A stretch of 64,000 nucleotides of DNA from Octopus sinensis (taxonomy: Eukaryota): positions 105,896,001 through 105,960,000 of the forward strand of contig NC_043000.1 of NCBI RefSeq assembly GCF_006345805.1, read 5' to 3'. A program made the translations under genes and the position numbers. Positions 38,001-51,700 of the stretch are shown here, in pieces (position 1 is the first letter of the stretch; each line of letters starts with the position of its first letter). The notes under the pieces were generated by a model. The model saw only the letters and a program-made list of their open reading frames with translations. It searched no databases and was not told the origin of the DNA.

Positions 38001-41000
38001 TGGTAAACAAAATTTAAGCTGCTGCTGCCACCACCAACACTACCTTTTAACGTCTGTCTTCTGTGCTGGCATAGGTTGGAAAGTTTGACATGCTCAAAAG
38101 TCAGCATTGGCATAGATCCTACAGTTAGATGCGCTTCCCAACACTAATCACTTTACAGCATGTACTGGCTACATTTTGCAGCATTACTGGGGTCACCATG
38201 TAACTTGCAAGACCAAGATTCCCCTTGGCTGAGTGAGGGAGTAGCTTTATGCTAGGGGCACTCAAGATATTTAATACCTTTAATTAAGCTTGCTCAAAAC
38301 AGCTATTACTTTGCTCACTAGCAACTACTCACCACTCAACTTTGTCTTAAGAATGAAACTTCCACTTTTTGTCAGTCAAGCAAAATGAAGAAAGCAATGT
38401 TGTGCATCTGCCTCAAGACACCACTACAATGGTTGACAATTTGAACACCTGATCAAATGGTCTGCAGTGCAGCACCGTAACTTCACAGACATTGTGACTC
38501 CTTAAGCTTAAAAATAAGCCAAATGAGTATTGCACTTTGGCTAAAAGAACATTATATCTATGGAAAAGAAAGGAATTATCATTTGTATGTCAACAACTCA
38601 ATATTATGACAATTTGACCAAAATAATTTCTACAAGTAGAATTAGACTCACCCACCCAAAACACAAAAACCCCACAGTAACACAAGTTTGAAACAAATAT
38701 TTCAAGACAAAAGGGAAAAAATACATGTGTAATAAGCCAGGAAAAATTGAAAAAAAAAAAAGCATTGAATTTACCTGAATCCAAGGGTTGCTCTTACAGC
38801 TAAGAGCATTGTGCAAACATTTATCTGATAGATGATCTAAACCAGGCTCTATACGAAATTCATAACTCTAAGCAGAAAAAAAAAGAGAACAAACAAAACT
38901 TACAAATACTGTCAAATAGACTGAAATATTATAATAAAATCTTATCTTTCTTTCATTGCCTTTTTTAAGTTACTGGACATTTCACATTTGACAAATTTTC
39001 ACACAAATTAACTTAGTCCATATATCAACTTCGGATATTTTGTTGTGTATGTAGACCATACACTTATCAATTGTCAGGAAAAGGTTCCAACTCATTGAAA
39101 TTGCAATCCAATGAGGTGGTATTTATTCCCTGGTACCATTCACATCCATAGATCCTATGGTGCAGGTTTTAGAGAGATACAGTCCTTCTAGCTACCAATC
39201 TCCTTATGGGACTAAATATCTCTATAGCTTTGATTTTCTTTATAGGTTAAAGAGAAGGGAAGGAGCAGTTGACATGGTCTTTGTAGACCCTTCCAGATGA
39301 GTAAGGTTGATGTAGTTGATATTCACCACAAACATCTGCAATTTAATGGCTCATAAAGATCAGTATTTATCCAAATCTCTCCCTGGATATGACATCCATT
39401 TATCTAAACTAGTCAAGTCAACAGAGACAGTGATACAGATGAATTAATAAAATGGCTAAAATATATATTTGACAAGTCAGTAATAATGAAATGAAAATAA
39501 AACTTTTTCTTTTTCACATACCTCAGTTAAATATGTCCTTAGTAAAACAGCAGCTAAATGCCAGATGAAATACATGTAGGTTCCAAGGAAAAATGACTGC
39601 AAGAACAACTCTGGTTGAAGAAGACTCTGAACACTGGACAAACTTGTTTCTGGGCTGCAGAGAAATTTGTAAGAAGGTTATTTAAGAAAAGACAAGTGTT
39701 AACTTTAAGATAATTACTCACTCTTTTTTATTTTTTAATTTATAATAAAACTGTGAACAATACCATTGTTGAGTAAAGGATTTCCAATCATTAATCATAT
39801 CATATACAAGTGCACAAGTGATAAGGGAACACCAGTGTATCTCAGGTTGAAAAATACCAGAGGGTATTTTTGTTCAAAAGCACTGGTTTATCAATTTTCT
39901 CAAGTACATGTCACTCAAAGATATACACATGCAATAGCCTTCTGTATAATTTGACAATGTGGGGCTATAGAAGAAGATACTTGCTAATGGCACCACACAG
40001 TGGGATTAAAGAAAGCTATGTGTTACTGAACTACATTTTATCATGCAACCATTCCTGCATCCAGCAAGATAAATGTAATATTTACAGTAAAATATATTGT
40101 AATAAAGATTACACTCACTTGAGGATAAATAAAATAGTTTCTAACACAAGACAATACTAATTTGATAAGGAGAAAGGGAGCAGTTAATTAAATTGACCTC
40201 AGTATTTGATTGGTACTATACCCCTGAATCTCATAGGATTAGACCAACTGTGGTTGTCTAAAGGATGAAGGTCTTAAATAAAAGTAGATCATTACAGATG
40301 TGAAATAGGTTTCTTCAGAAAATTATTAAAAAAATTTAAGATGATTATATTACCAGATTGAGAGGCGACAGAGATGAGCAGTTAAGTCTCGGGGAAGATG
40401 TCCTAATAAAGAAAAGTAAAAAATGAAAAGACAGTTTAGTTGGAAATATTTCAGATTTAGTTACAATAAGAGATTAATTCAATTCAGGGGGAATGGGACT
40501 CCTGATGTTCATACCTTTTAAAAAGTAAGGTAGGTACAACCTAAATTTAAAAATAGTTGAAGGATTTCAGTGGCCAATGGCTTATCCTTTACCATAATGT
40601 TTTTTCCAAAGGAGGAAGAATCATGAAAATTTCCATAACCTAGATTAAGAAAGATCCACTTTGGGTACATAGCAAGTACATGATACATATGGACAAGGAC
40701 AGGTGTGTAAAGAAGATTAAAGTTAAATTGCTTTTACTATAATTTGAAATAAAAACATTCTATATCAGTTGACCAAATTTCATTAGTATAGAGGTGGATG
40801 GCACTACTGTATCACATGATTTCACTGTATTGTGGATCAGCAGAAGCAGGAGGTCAAGCATTGAAAGCCAGACAGAAAAATCAGTCAAACCTGTATAGAA
40901 CAATACTGGCAAACAGCCAGTGATGTGCAAAGCTCATGAGCTGTGTATAAATTAAGCTATTAGCATCATAAGCAGCCTTTGTACTGAATATTAATTAGCA

Positions 41001-44000
41001 CAGCCAAACAAATCTGGCTATGTTTTTTATAATGCTGAAGGCTGAGATGAACATCCCCAAAAAATCATTTCACAAAGACAACAAATGCTAAATATCATTG
41101 GAATTCTACATCGGTTAGTCCATTTTAGTCAGCACTGGTAGATGGCATTAATGTATCATGTGATTTCACTGTATTGTGAATTATCAGTTGTAGGAAGCCA
41201 AGCTCTGAATGACAGGTTGAAAATCAATCAAACCTCTATTTAGAATACTGGTCAAACAGCCAGTAAAGCTGAGTAAAGCAGGTGGGCTGAGTGTAAATTT
41301 GCTATTAGTGAAAAAAAGCAGCCTTTGCATTGAATATCAAGTATCACATCCAACCTAACCTGGATATGTTGTCTATACTGTATCATGTGGCACAGTAGTG
41401 CCATCTGCCAGTGCTGACAAATTTTAGTCAAACAGTATAGAATTTTGATGCTTTTTAGCATTTGTCATGTACATGAATTTTTCAAGACATTTACTGCAGC
41501 CTATGGCATTATAAACAATCCAGGTTAGGTTGGATGTGCCAATTAATATTTGTCACAAAGGTTACTTATGTAGCTAATATATGTATATATATATGTATTT
41601 ATTTATTTATATATATATAATATAACAGGGCAATTAAGGATAAAAATGACAATTGTGCTTTTTAGGAAATAGTCATGGGAAAGACACAAATTTTGGTGAT
41701 AAATAGATGCATCACAATATGTATTTAATCTGGAGTACCACCATTTTCACAACTTCATCACTTAGTACAATGTTACAGAATTAGGTTGTGTAGTTGCATG
41801 TCTGAGGTAGATGAGTAGTAACAAGATTAACTTACCAAGAAAGTAGAATATCAGATAAAAACCTAGCAGCTGTTTGAAAATTTGAGCAGCAGATTCAAAT
41901 AATACTGGAACTAGTTGACTTTTAACTTGAAAGAACTTGGCTTGCTGGAAAAGATGTTAAGTGGTTTTCAAATAGATGTTTCTGGATGCATTGCAAGTGA
42001 GTAGCTACGATCATTCATAAATGAAAGGAACATGTAAAAGTTGTCACCAGTAAGAGTATTATCTATCAATCAATGCCAAGTACTGGAAAGCCAAGGAAAG
42101 ATTCTTGCAAGTTGAACATATGACCCAGTTTTGGCTTGGAGATAGTAACAATTTCATTTGACTTACACCATTAAAATCTTTAATGAAAGTATGAAAGCTA
42201 TACATCCTCATTTCCATTTCCTATGCAACGAAAGCCTTATATATGTGAAAGAAACCAATATTAATTTATTTCCTATAACTGAGATAAATAAAGTCAACTG
42301 AGATATTTACTCGTAATCAGTGGTGTCTGTCAATGGTTGATTTCGGATAGAAAAGAAATGAGAGGGGTTATGCTCATATCTTTTCCAAGGACATTACTTA
42401 CATAACTGAAATAATTCAGATAGGGAATCAAAGCCAGTATGTGAGCTGTTAAAAAAACTTTAATGTACTGTGAAAAAAAAACCCCCAAAAAACAAAACGA
42501 TAAAATAAATGTATAATTGTCTGAGCTTAACGATGATAATAAATTCTTTCCAGACACTTATGAAATATAAACTATAAAAAACAATGAAGTTAAAGAGTTC
42601 TTTTCAACAGAAACTCCAGTAGAATGAACTTACCTGTATAATTTTGAAAGGTGTATAGTTGTACTGATTTCTATAAAACCTTAGATGGAACAACAATCCA
42701 TGATAAATGGCTGCAGTCAGCAAGAAAAGTTTGTTGTCATTCAGGTAGATGGCAGGGCTGGAAGAATATAAACATAAACTCCATTTAATGTGTGTGAGTG
42801 TATGCACACACATTTTGTTATTTGTTGTTGTAGTTTAACTTGGTCTGCATTGATTAAGTACATCTATGCTCAAAAGTAATCCAGCTGCAGCTAGTCTGTC
42901 TTTCCCTCTCAGGATGCAATACATGTAAAACTAGGATTACATTAACCAATGTGTTGTTTCTTTTTGTTGAGAAGGTTGAATATGATTTGGGAAAATTTAG
43001 CTTCTAGAGAGGCTCTCTTATTGGTAAGCTGCCTCATTGGCTTGTGTTACCTGTCATTGTGTGGAGGTAGAGGTTTAACTAAATCAAATATCAAAGCTAT
43101 GTAAATCATATTTGTGTACCAAGAATATCTTGTCCACTGGGTGAAACCTTGTCTCTTGTAATTAACAGTGCATTAAGCCACTGAGCAAGGCACAAAACTC
43201 TTAATCTCTCAATAACTAAATAGGTACCATGAAGATGTACAGTTCACAACTGTAAACAGCAGTAGTGTCAATAAAGACTTCATGAATGCTTTACTAATTT
43301 GCATTGTTAATTTCAAATTCTTCTCAGTGTCCCCTCTTTAATCATTTTACAAAGATGATATGAAGTCTTCAGTGACAAACTAGGAAATGACTAGCAAAAA
43401 GAAATGAGGAGAGTTAGTATCATAAAGATTATGCTTTTTAATTCTAGAATTTATTAAATAAAGAAATTTAATGTGAGAAAATATAATAATGATGTTAATC
43501 TGTCAGTATAAAGAACCCTGCCAAAACAATCCAACTCTATCACCCCCCCCCCCCTAACTAAATGAAAATTCACTGTCTTTAAAGGTTAGGAGAATGAAGA
43601 GCTAATTCTGAAACAACTGTGAAGTTCAATCCCTGATCTACAGCTTTGACCACAGATATATATATATGATTAATAATGCCAGTTGAAACCTTGGTACCAA
43701 CATTCCCTCAAATTTTCTATGACAAAAATGTGTTCACAGAATGAATAACAAGCATAGTTATTAAATACTATATTTTAGCAACTAACCTCTTGTGCATCAT
43801 TAGTTTCATTGTCTGTTGGTTAAAAAATGTAAATGTACGTGCATACACACACAACTTAGAGGGAACATTGCTTGGTGCAGCTAGTCTATAGTTAGTGTCA
43901 ATTGGTAATGTGTATTAATTTATTTACTTTAACACTGTAGGAGTTATAATTCAATGAAAGAGCCTCTGTGCAGCCATTTGACTGGTTAGAAATGGTAGCC

Positions 44001-45126
44001 AAGCCTCTGCAAACCACACTCCACAGATAAAATAAGAAGGTAACATGAGATGACAAAGGCAGCCTACATACCCACCAAAAGACAATAAAGGCACACCTTT
44101 GGTCATAGGTCATTTCAATCAAAGGTGACTTAGAGCTAAATAAGCAACAACAACTGTGACTTAAATAGGAACAGGAACTATAGTTCTAATTATAGAGTTG
44201 AGTGGTTAGCAATTAGAAGGATATTCTGTTGTAAAAGTTATTTCAATAATGTTCCAAGCTGAATAGCACTCCTGGTATTGTGATTGCCACTCTAAGACAT
44301 TGAGATACACAGGTTAAAAAACAGATGGATTAGAGACTTAAATCTAAGATGTTGATTCAGAATGATCCCTATTCAGTTGGTTATTAATATCATGTGCTAA
44401 TCTATGATACAGCACTGAAAAATATTGTCTTCAGACAATAAGGATTACATATTCTTCAAAGCTTCACTCCATTGCTCAGAGTAGCAATGAGTGAAGCTTC
44501 AATTTCATAAATATGTGTGTGTGTGTATTAGATATATGTATGTTTTTGTTACCAAATGAAAGAGTACTCAATACAGGATGTAGAACATATAATTATTAGG
44601 AATTAGTTGATGACCTACACTATTATTGTTAGATAGACTTTCATACCATGTGATCTTAACTGGCCAATTTCAAAGTGACTTGAATGAAAGAATGTGGTAT
44701 GATACTGAATAACAACTAAGTGGAAGGGAATCATCAACTGACTCTTGGTTATGTGGTTAAGAAGTTTGTTTCTCAATCACATGGTTTCAAGTTCAGTCCT
44801 ACTGCATGGTATCTTGGATTAGTGTCTTCTACTAGAGTAGCTCTGGTAAATGGAAACTGAAAGAAGCCTGTTGTGTGAGTGTATGTGTATGTATTTCAGT
44901 ATGTATATATCTATGTGTGCTTATATATGTGAGTTAGTGACTCCTTGCCTGGACATTGGGTGATAGTTGAAAATGACTGCCACTGTGGTGTCCTTTGTTT
45001 CCAATTTCTATAAAAACATGTCTGGTCATTGGAAATATCTTACCTGGTAATGGGAAGGGCATCTAGTCATAGAAAACCTGCCACAACAAATTTGAGCATG
45101 GAAAAGTGTTTGCTAAAATGATGATA

Positions 45127-45198
<72 letters not shown>

Positions 45199-45463
45199 AT
45201 ATATATATCTATATCTATACATATATCTATATCTATACAATAATATGTTACATTACTTGATAGTCAAGATAAAACTCTGAGTTTCAAATGCCGAAGTGGG
45301 AATCCACGACATCTCTTTGTTTTATCTTGACTATCGAGTAATGTAACATATTATTGTATAGATAAATTTCCTCTATTTACATAATATTGAGGTCTCTTTC
45401 TTTTTTTTGTTATCTTACCGTTTTACCAATATATATATAGATAAGTTTTGGAATTATATTCCC

Positions 45464-45501
<38 letters not shown>

Positions 45502-48500
45502 TTTTTTACTACCCTCAAGGGGCTAAACATAGAGGGGACAAACAGGGACAGACAAAGGGATTAAGTCGATTACATCGACCCCAGTGCGTAACTAGTACTT
45601 TATTTATCGACCCCGAGAGGATGAAAGGCCAAGTCGACCTCGGCGGAATTTGAACTCGGAACGTAACGACAGACACACACATATATATATATATATTTTA
45701 CTTTACCTATCTTCTGAACAGGGAACAGCCAGTGTGGAGAAAGAGTCCTTCATTATCCATGAAGCAAATACTGTGATGAGCATACTGGAAATGGTGTAGA
45801 TAAATCCCTGGAGAATATATTGGATGCGAAAGAACTCCAAGACATTACTAAGCCTGGTTGTTGATATCTGAGGAACCACTGTTTAAACGAAACAATATAA
45901 ATGACATTGAAACATTGAATATGAAGTTCAACGCAAGAAGAAATCATAGGATAAAAACTGTCCCTCTTTCGTAGCTTAACCTCTCATCACCTGACACAAA
46001 GCCACCTCCCTCAATACCAATCCTCTTCTCAGTTGAGAGGTTTTTGTTTTGCAAGTTACTTGGTGATTTTGCTGGTGCTGGTTCCACACAAAACACGCAC
46101 TACACTCTGTAAAGTGGTTGGCGTTAAGAAGGACATCCAGCCAGAGAAATCACACCAAAGGTGACAACAAAGCTTGGCACAGTACTGATTTGACATCTGT
46201 CAAACCATCCAACCCTTCTTTGCATGGAAAACTGATGTTAAAAGGTGAATGTTGATGATGATGATGATAGTTAAGAAATTTCTGAGACTGGCTAAATAAT
46301 TGCTTAATACTGATGGGGAATTATACCTCAGAGATGTCATAGCATGACTTAGGCTTGGTATACATGGATGACCCTTCTAGTGAAAAGAAAGTTCAAATTC
46401 ATGCATGCAGGTATTAGAACTGATGAAATAACAAGGACTTGTTGGTATGGAACTTACCTGTATAGTGAAGTGAATTATAGACAGCCAATATGGCATGCAG
46501 AGAGACAGCAAGTATAGTAAAACAGAGAGCTCTTAGAGTGAAATAGGCTCCAAAGTAATCTAAAAATAAACAAGATATCATGGGAAATAATTTTAGAATA
46601 ATCAGTCTTGACAAGAACACAGATGTTTCATCTTCAGGACAAACAACACATAAAAATAATAGTAATAGCAGCTTCCTCAAGCCAATTCTCTCTTTCTCTC
46701 TTTCATAAAAATAAAGAAAAAGAAAAGAGAAAAAAGAAAAGAGAAAAAAGAAAAGAAAAGAAAAAGACACATTAAATAATTGTCCATGAGACATTGTATC
46801 TGAATATGAAATAGAATAATTATGGCTAGAGTGTTTCAAACATAGGTCAGCTGAATCAGTAATAAACACCAACATGTGTAAACAATGACTTCGTTGGTAA
46901 CCCTGTTTAACTGATACAGATTTACTGGAAATTAATAGAACTGAAGAAAACATGGTTAATTCTACCTATCTCTATTCACATATTTATATGCAAGATTATG
47001 AGTTATTAACTCGCCAGATCTGGGAAAGTTATTTGCCTAAGACAAGTGAGTTATTTAAGGAGGGGTTTCTCTCTTATCACTACAGATTGCAAAATAGATA
47101 ATAGATTAGGAAATAAAAGATACAGTAGTTATTTTTGGTGTTTAATGCAGTGAGCATTAAAAACAGAAAGTTAACCTTAGTTCAGGTCCTATGCATTTTC
47201 AAACATCCCTAATAACAGATTGACAATATTCTTATAATTCTTAATAATGCTACATTTTTACGCCTAAATTAAACCCTTATTAAAAGTCTTTACATCAACC
47301 TAAAGCCCTGTGACATTCAAGATAAAAAGTTGTGAGAAACTAAGTGGAAATCCTGTCAGACTTGGTCTTGTCATCTGTACCTGTAAGGTTTACAGTATAA
47401 GCACCAGTAATATTCTAGAATAAATTTATGCAACTATATATGACTTTATAAAGGGCAGTGGGTGGGATGGCCATAGTTAGAATGTTGATCAAAGGTTTGC
47501 TCAATAAAGGCAGACCTACTTTTCTTCCATATATTTCATTGGCATTTTTCACAGAATGTGACAGGGGTCCGTAAGATATCACCTTAAATATACCCACATA
47601 GATTACACCAACACAGAAGAAGTGAAATTGACAATATAAAACTGCATAAAAACTGTCAGAGAAAAGAAAAAAGACTCGGCCAAAACCAGAAAAGAGAAAA
47701 TTCTGATGACCCTGAGTGACATATTAACCCACATTTTATCTGGGTAGAGAGCGCGTATAGAAGTGAGACATATCAAATCTTGACATTTTAACTAAACACT
47801 TATGAAAACAGACTTCCATAAGGTCATGACATAAGTATACTAATAATTTCCTTTTGTTTAGATATGGGACAAAATAAATGATGAGTGACTCATGAAGTAG
47901 GTATGTCATCAGGGAAGACAATATATGAGTGTACATCACACACACTGCATTTGTTGTAGAAGCAAGCAAATTTTATAAATGCCTGCAAATTCATGCGCGC
48001 ACAAACACACAGGTGCCAGCATGACTAAGTGGTTAAGCAGTTCACTTCCCAACCATGTAGTTTTGGGTTCCATCGCATTGTGTGGCACCTTGGGTAAAAG
48101 GCTTCTGCCATAATTCTTGGGTGACTGAAGCCTTGTAAGTGAATTTTGTATACAGATGCCTATCATGTATGAGTCAGTTTATATTTCCCCTTGTCTTTAT
48201 GTGTATTTACTGGTTATAAACAATGGTGTTGTTTGCTGGTAGTTCACTGCAAAAGAGATCATTGTAAACAAAAGGTTAATTCATAAGGTGTCATTTGTTT
48301 CCAGTTCTTTGTGGAATCATGTCTGGCCTGTTTGTTGTTTAACAGACAAGGATTTTGTTACCTCACTTGGAAACAGATGGGGATTGGTATCAGGAAAGGT
48401 ATTTCGCCAAGGAAAGCTATGCCCTAATGCACTCTTGTCTGACTAAAGCAAGCATAGAAAAGCAGACATTAAATGACTTTTTTTTACGTGTGCGCATGTG

Positions 48501-48690
48501 CATATGTGTGTGTGTTTTAGACTACTGAACGTACCACATTTTTTTCATTTTTCTCTCTAGTTATTTACTCTTATTCCTTTCTGTCAAAGAATGTAGGCTC
48601 GAAATGTAAAAGACTTCTCCATTTTTCCTGAGCATCAAACTAATACACTTGCTTGTCGCTCCTACACGTCTTTGTCTTTCTATAAATTTG

Positions 48691-48739
<49 letters not shown>

Positions 48740-51700
48740 AATTGAAATAGGGGTTGTAAATGCAAATCCTGGTACTCAACTAAGAGTCCACCACAACTTA
48801 TAGCAGAAGCAGCTGTATGCTAATGAAGCCCATTATATAACATTTGTTTTTTTTCTGGTGTCATCTCTGCTTATATATATATATTCCAAGTTTCATGACG
48901 ATTCCATCATGTGTGTGAGTGTGTGTGTTTGTCCCCAACCACCACTTCACAACTGGTGTTGGTGTGTTTATGACCCTGTAGCCTAGCAGTTTGGTAAAAG
49001 AAAATGATAGAATAAGTACTAGGCTTAAAACAATAAGTCCTAGTGTTGATTTGTTTGACCAAAAGTCTTCAAGGCAGTGCCCCAGTATGGCCACAATCAA
49101 ATAACTGAAACAAGTAAAAAAAAAAAAAGACACACACACACCTATCATTGATTCCTTCTCACTCTCTTCACTGAATGTGAGTAGCCATGTAGCTTCTCTA
49201 CACCAAGAACCTGCTCAACCCCAACCTCTTCTCTCATACCTTAACTTCCATCTAACATACGGACATACCCTGACTTCTTGGGTTTTGTAGATCTGCATGG
49301 CAAACTCAATAGTGTCAGCAACATGGAAATGTACCCAGTACACATTGTAAATGAGGTTGACATTAGAAAGGTCATTCAGCTGTAGTTATCATGCCCAAGC
49401 AGGCAGTAGAACACAGTGCAGTACCTGGACCATCAGATCTTTGTGAAAATATCAAGCCCATACTTGCATGGAACATGGATGTTAAATGATGATGATAATG
49501 ATATTGTATCTAATCTAAATTTATTCCATGTAGTATCTAAAATTTCAATGCATAAGTTTGACCTGATCATTAAAAATTTGAAGGCAACAGCTGCATGAGA
49601 TTCAATATAGTCTCAGATCAAGTCAAGTGCTCAAGAAATACAACTATGTATACACACACATATATATACATACACATGCACACATACATACACACATCTA
49701 CATATTTGTGTGTGTGTGTATATATATATATACACACACACATATATCATTTCATGTCCAGTCAGTGTTGGGCTTGGTTTAATGGTTTATCTGAGGCAAT
49801 TTTTTACAGTTAGATCCCCTTCATGTCAACCCTTTAATCATCTTTTCTAACATGTAAGGATGCAGTTTCCCTTTTCTATAACTCAGATACAGTAGTAGAC
49901 TAAGTGCACACACACACAAACGGTAAGTTATTAATAATCTCAGATGCTACGAGAATATTCATTCTACTATAGGCACAACATTTTGTGGGAAGCAGGTGGG
50001 ACCACCTAGTCAATTACAGCGACCCCAGTGCACAACTGGTACTTATTTCATAGAACTCTGAAAAGTTGACCACGGTGGAATTTGAACTCAGTATGTAAAG
50101 ATCGATGAAATGGTACTGACCATTAAACCAGGTGTGCCAATGGTTCTGCCAGCTGGCAGCCTTTAAAAAACTGAAAAATCAGAATACCAAAAGACTGCAG
50201 CAAAGAAAACTATATTACTGAATGCCACAATACTGAAAGATCAAAACTTCAAATTGTGAGATATTTTAAGGAAAAATACCAAAACTGTTTTGAAGGAATT
50301 TATCAGAGGTACTCTCATAGAGACACATGCACCATGTGTCTATATGAGAGGATCTCTCAAGACAAATACTGCAGTCTTCGGTGTCTTAATATGTGGACAT
50401 GAAGTTAAATAAAATAGCTTATTTGAGAAAAAGTGTATTCTTGGAATATGGTACTGAAGGCAATCGAAAACAAATAGTTTAATTACAAAAAATACTATTG
50501 TTCTTTCAATATAAACATATTTATATACCTAATATACTTTAATATACACAACCCAAGAATGTCAAAACTTTCATGCTGTAAACATGTTTCAGCATATTTA
50601 TCATTATTGGATTCAATTTCTATAGTCTCATTAATAATTTACTTATAACTAACAATTCAGTTGTGAATAAACTATAACAGCTAAAATTAAAACAAATGCT
50701 TTTGTGGAAAGAACCAATCATAAGCTGAACACTATGAAGGGAGATAAGCAAGTGCATAAGACATTTCTATTTTACAAAATTGATCTCTTGATCATTCACT
50801 AATATTCAATAACAGGAGCATTTGAAGAATGGAAATAGTCTATGATGAAGCTATTTACATTTTCAATTGTCTCTGGAATCGTATCATTGTAATACACTTA
50901 TTTGTTTCTAACATAAATGTTTTAATGTTTCTTTAATAAACTCCTTTTTAAAACTAAATAAGAATCTTTTGAAAGTGTTTTTATTAATTTTCCCGAGAAT
51001 ATTTCGGAATTTAGTGTTTCAATCTTTCAATATGTCATTAGCTTATGTGGTTTTCATTATTTCAAGCTTTCAATATTCTGACTTTTCAATCCTTTAATAT
51101 ATTCTCACAACATTAGTCTTGTGGTGTTCATGTTTATGACACACACACGCACACACATAAGAAAGAGAGATGGCAAAGGAATAAATGATTATCTTATGAA
51201 CTTCATTAGCTTACAACTGTGTCTGCTATAAGATGCAGTGGACTCGTAGATGAGTGCCTGAATAATAACCTTATAGCTTCATCAAAACCTCAAATAAGAA
51301 GAGAAATTTATTTGGGAAAGAATTACATTTGTGCCTACATAGGGAACAACATCCTTTATCATCTCCCTTTCTTATTACTGCTCGATACTCAGCCAACACT
51401 TGATTTTGAAACAGGTTATTGATCTCGCAATGCCTAAGTGAAATACATGCACAAACACACACTCATCCGTTAAAAACTTATTCATTAGAGGATAGCCTTA
51501 AGGAAATGTTTGATATGTGGATATGGGAAGCACTCCGTCGGTTACGACGACGAGGGTTCCGGTTGATCCGAATCAACGGAACAGCCTGCTCGTGAAATTA
51601 ACGTGTAAGTGGCTGAGCACTCCACAGACACGTGTACCCTTAACGTAGTTCTCAGGGATATTCAGCGTGACACAGAGAGTGACAAGGCCGGCCCTTTGAA

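Noticed and set aside
42400-42470. Extra NDC1 exon candidate (cacag|TACATT...TAT|gtaagt, YIKVFLTAHILALIPYLNYFSY)
   Set aside because: It has good splice signals and is phase 0-0, but exons 5 and 6 already join as the conserved IIQ|QAKF and the peptide has no NDC1 similarity. It could only be a rare cryptic exon.
43898-44122. Possible NDC1 exon or separate gene fragment in intron 4
   Set aside because: There is no NDC1 similarity in any frame, and exons 4 and 5 already join in phase.
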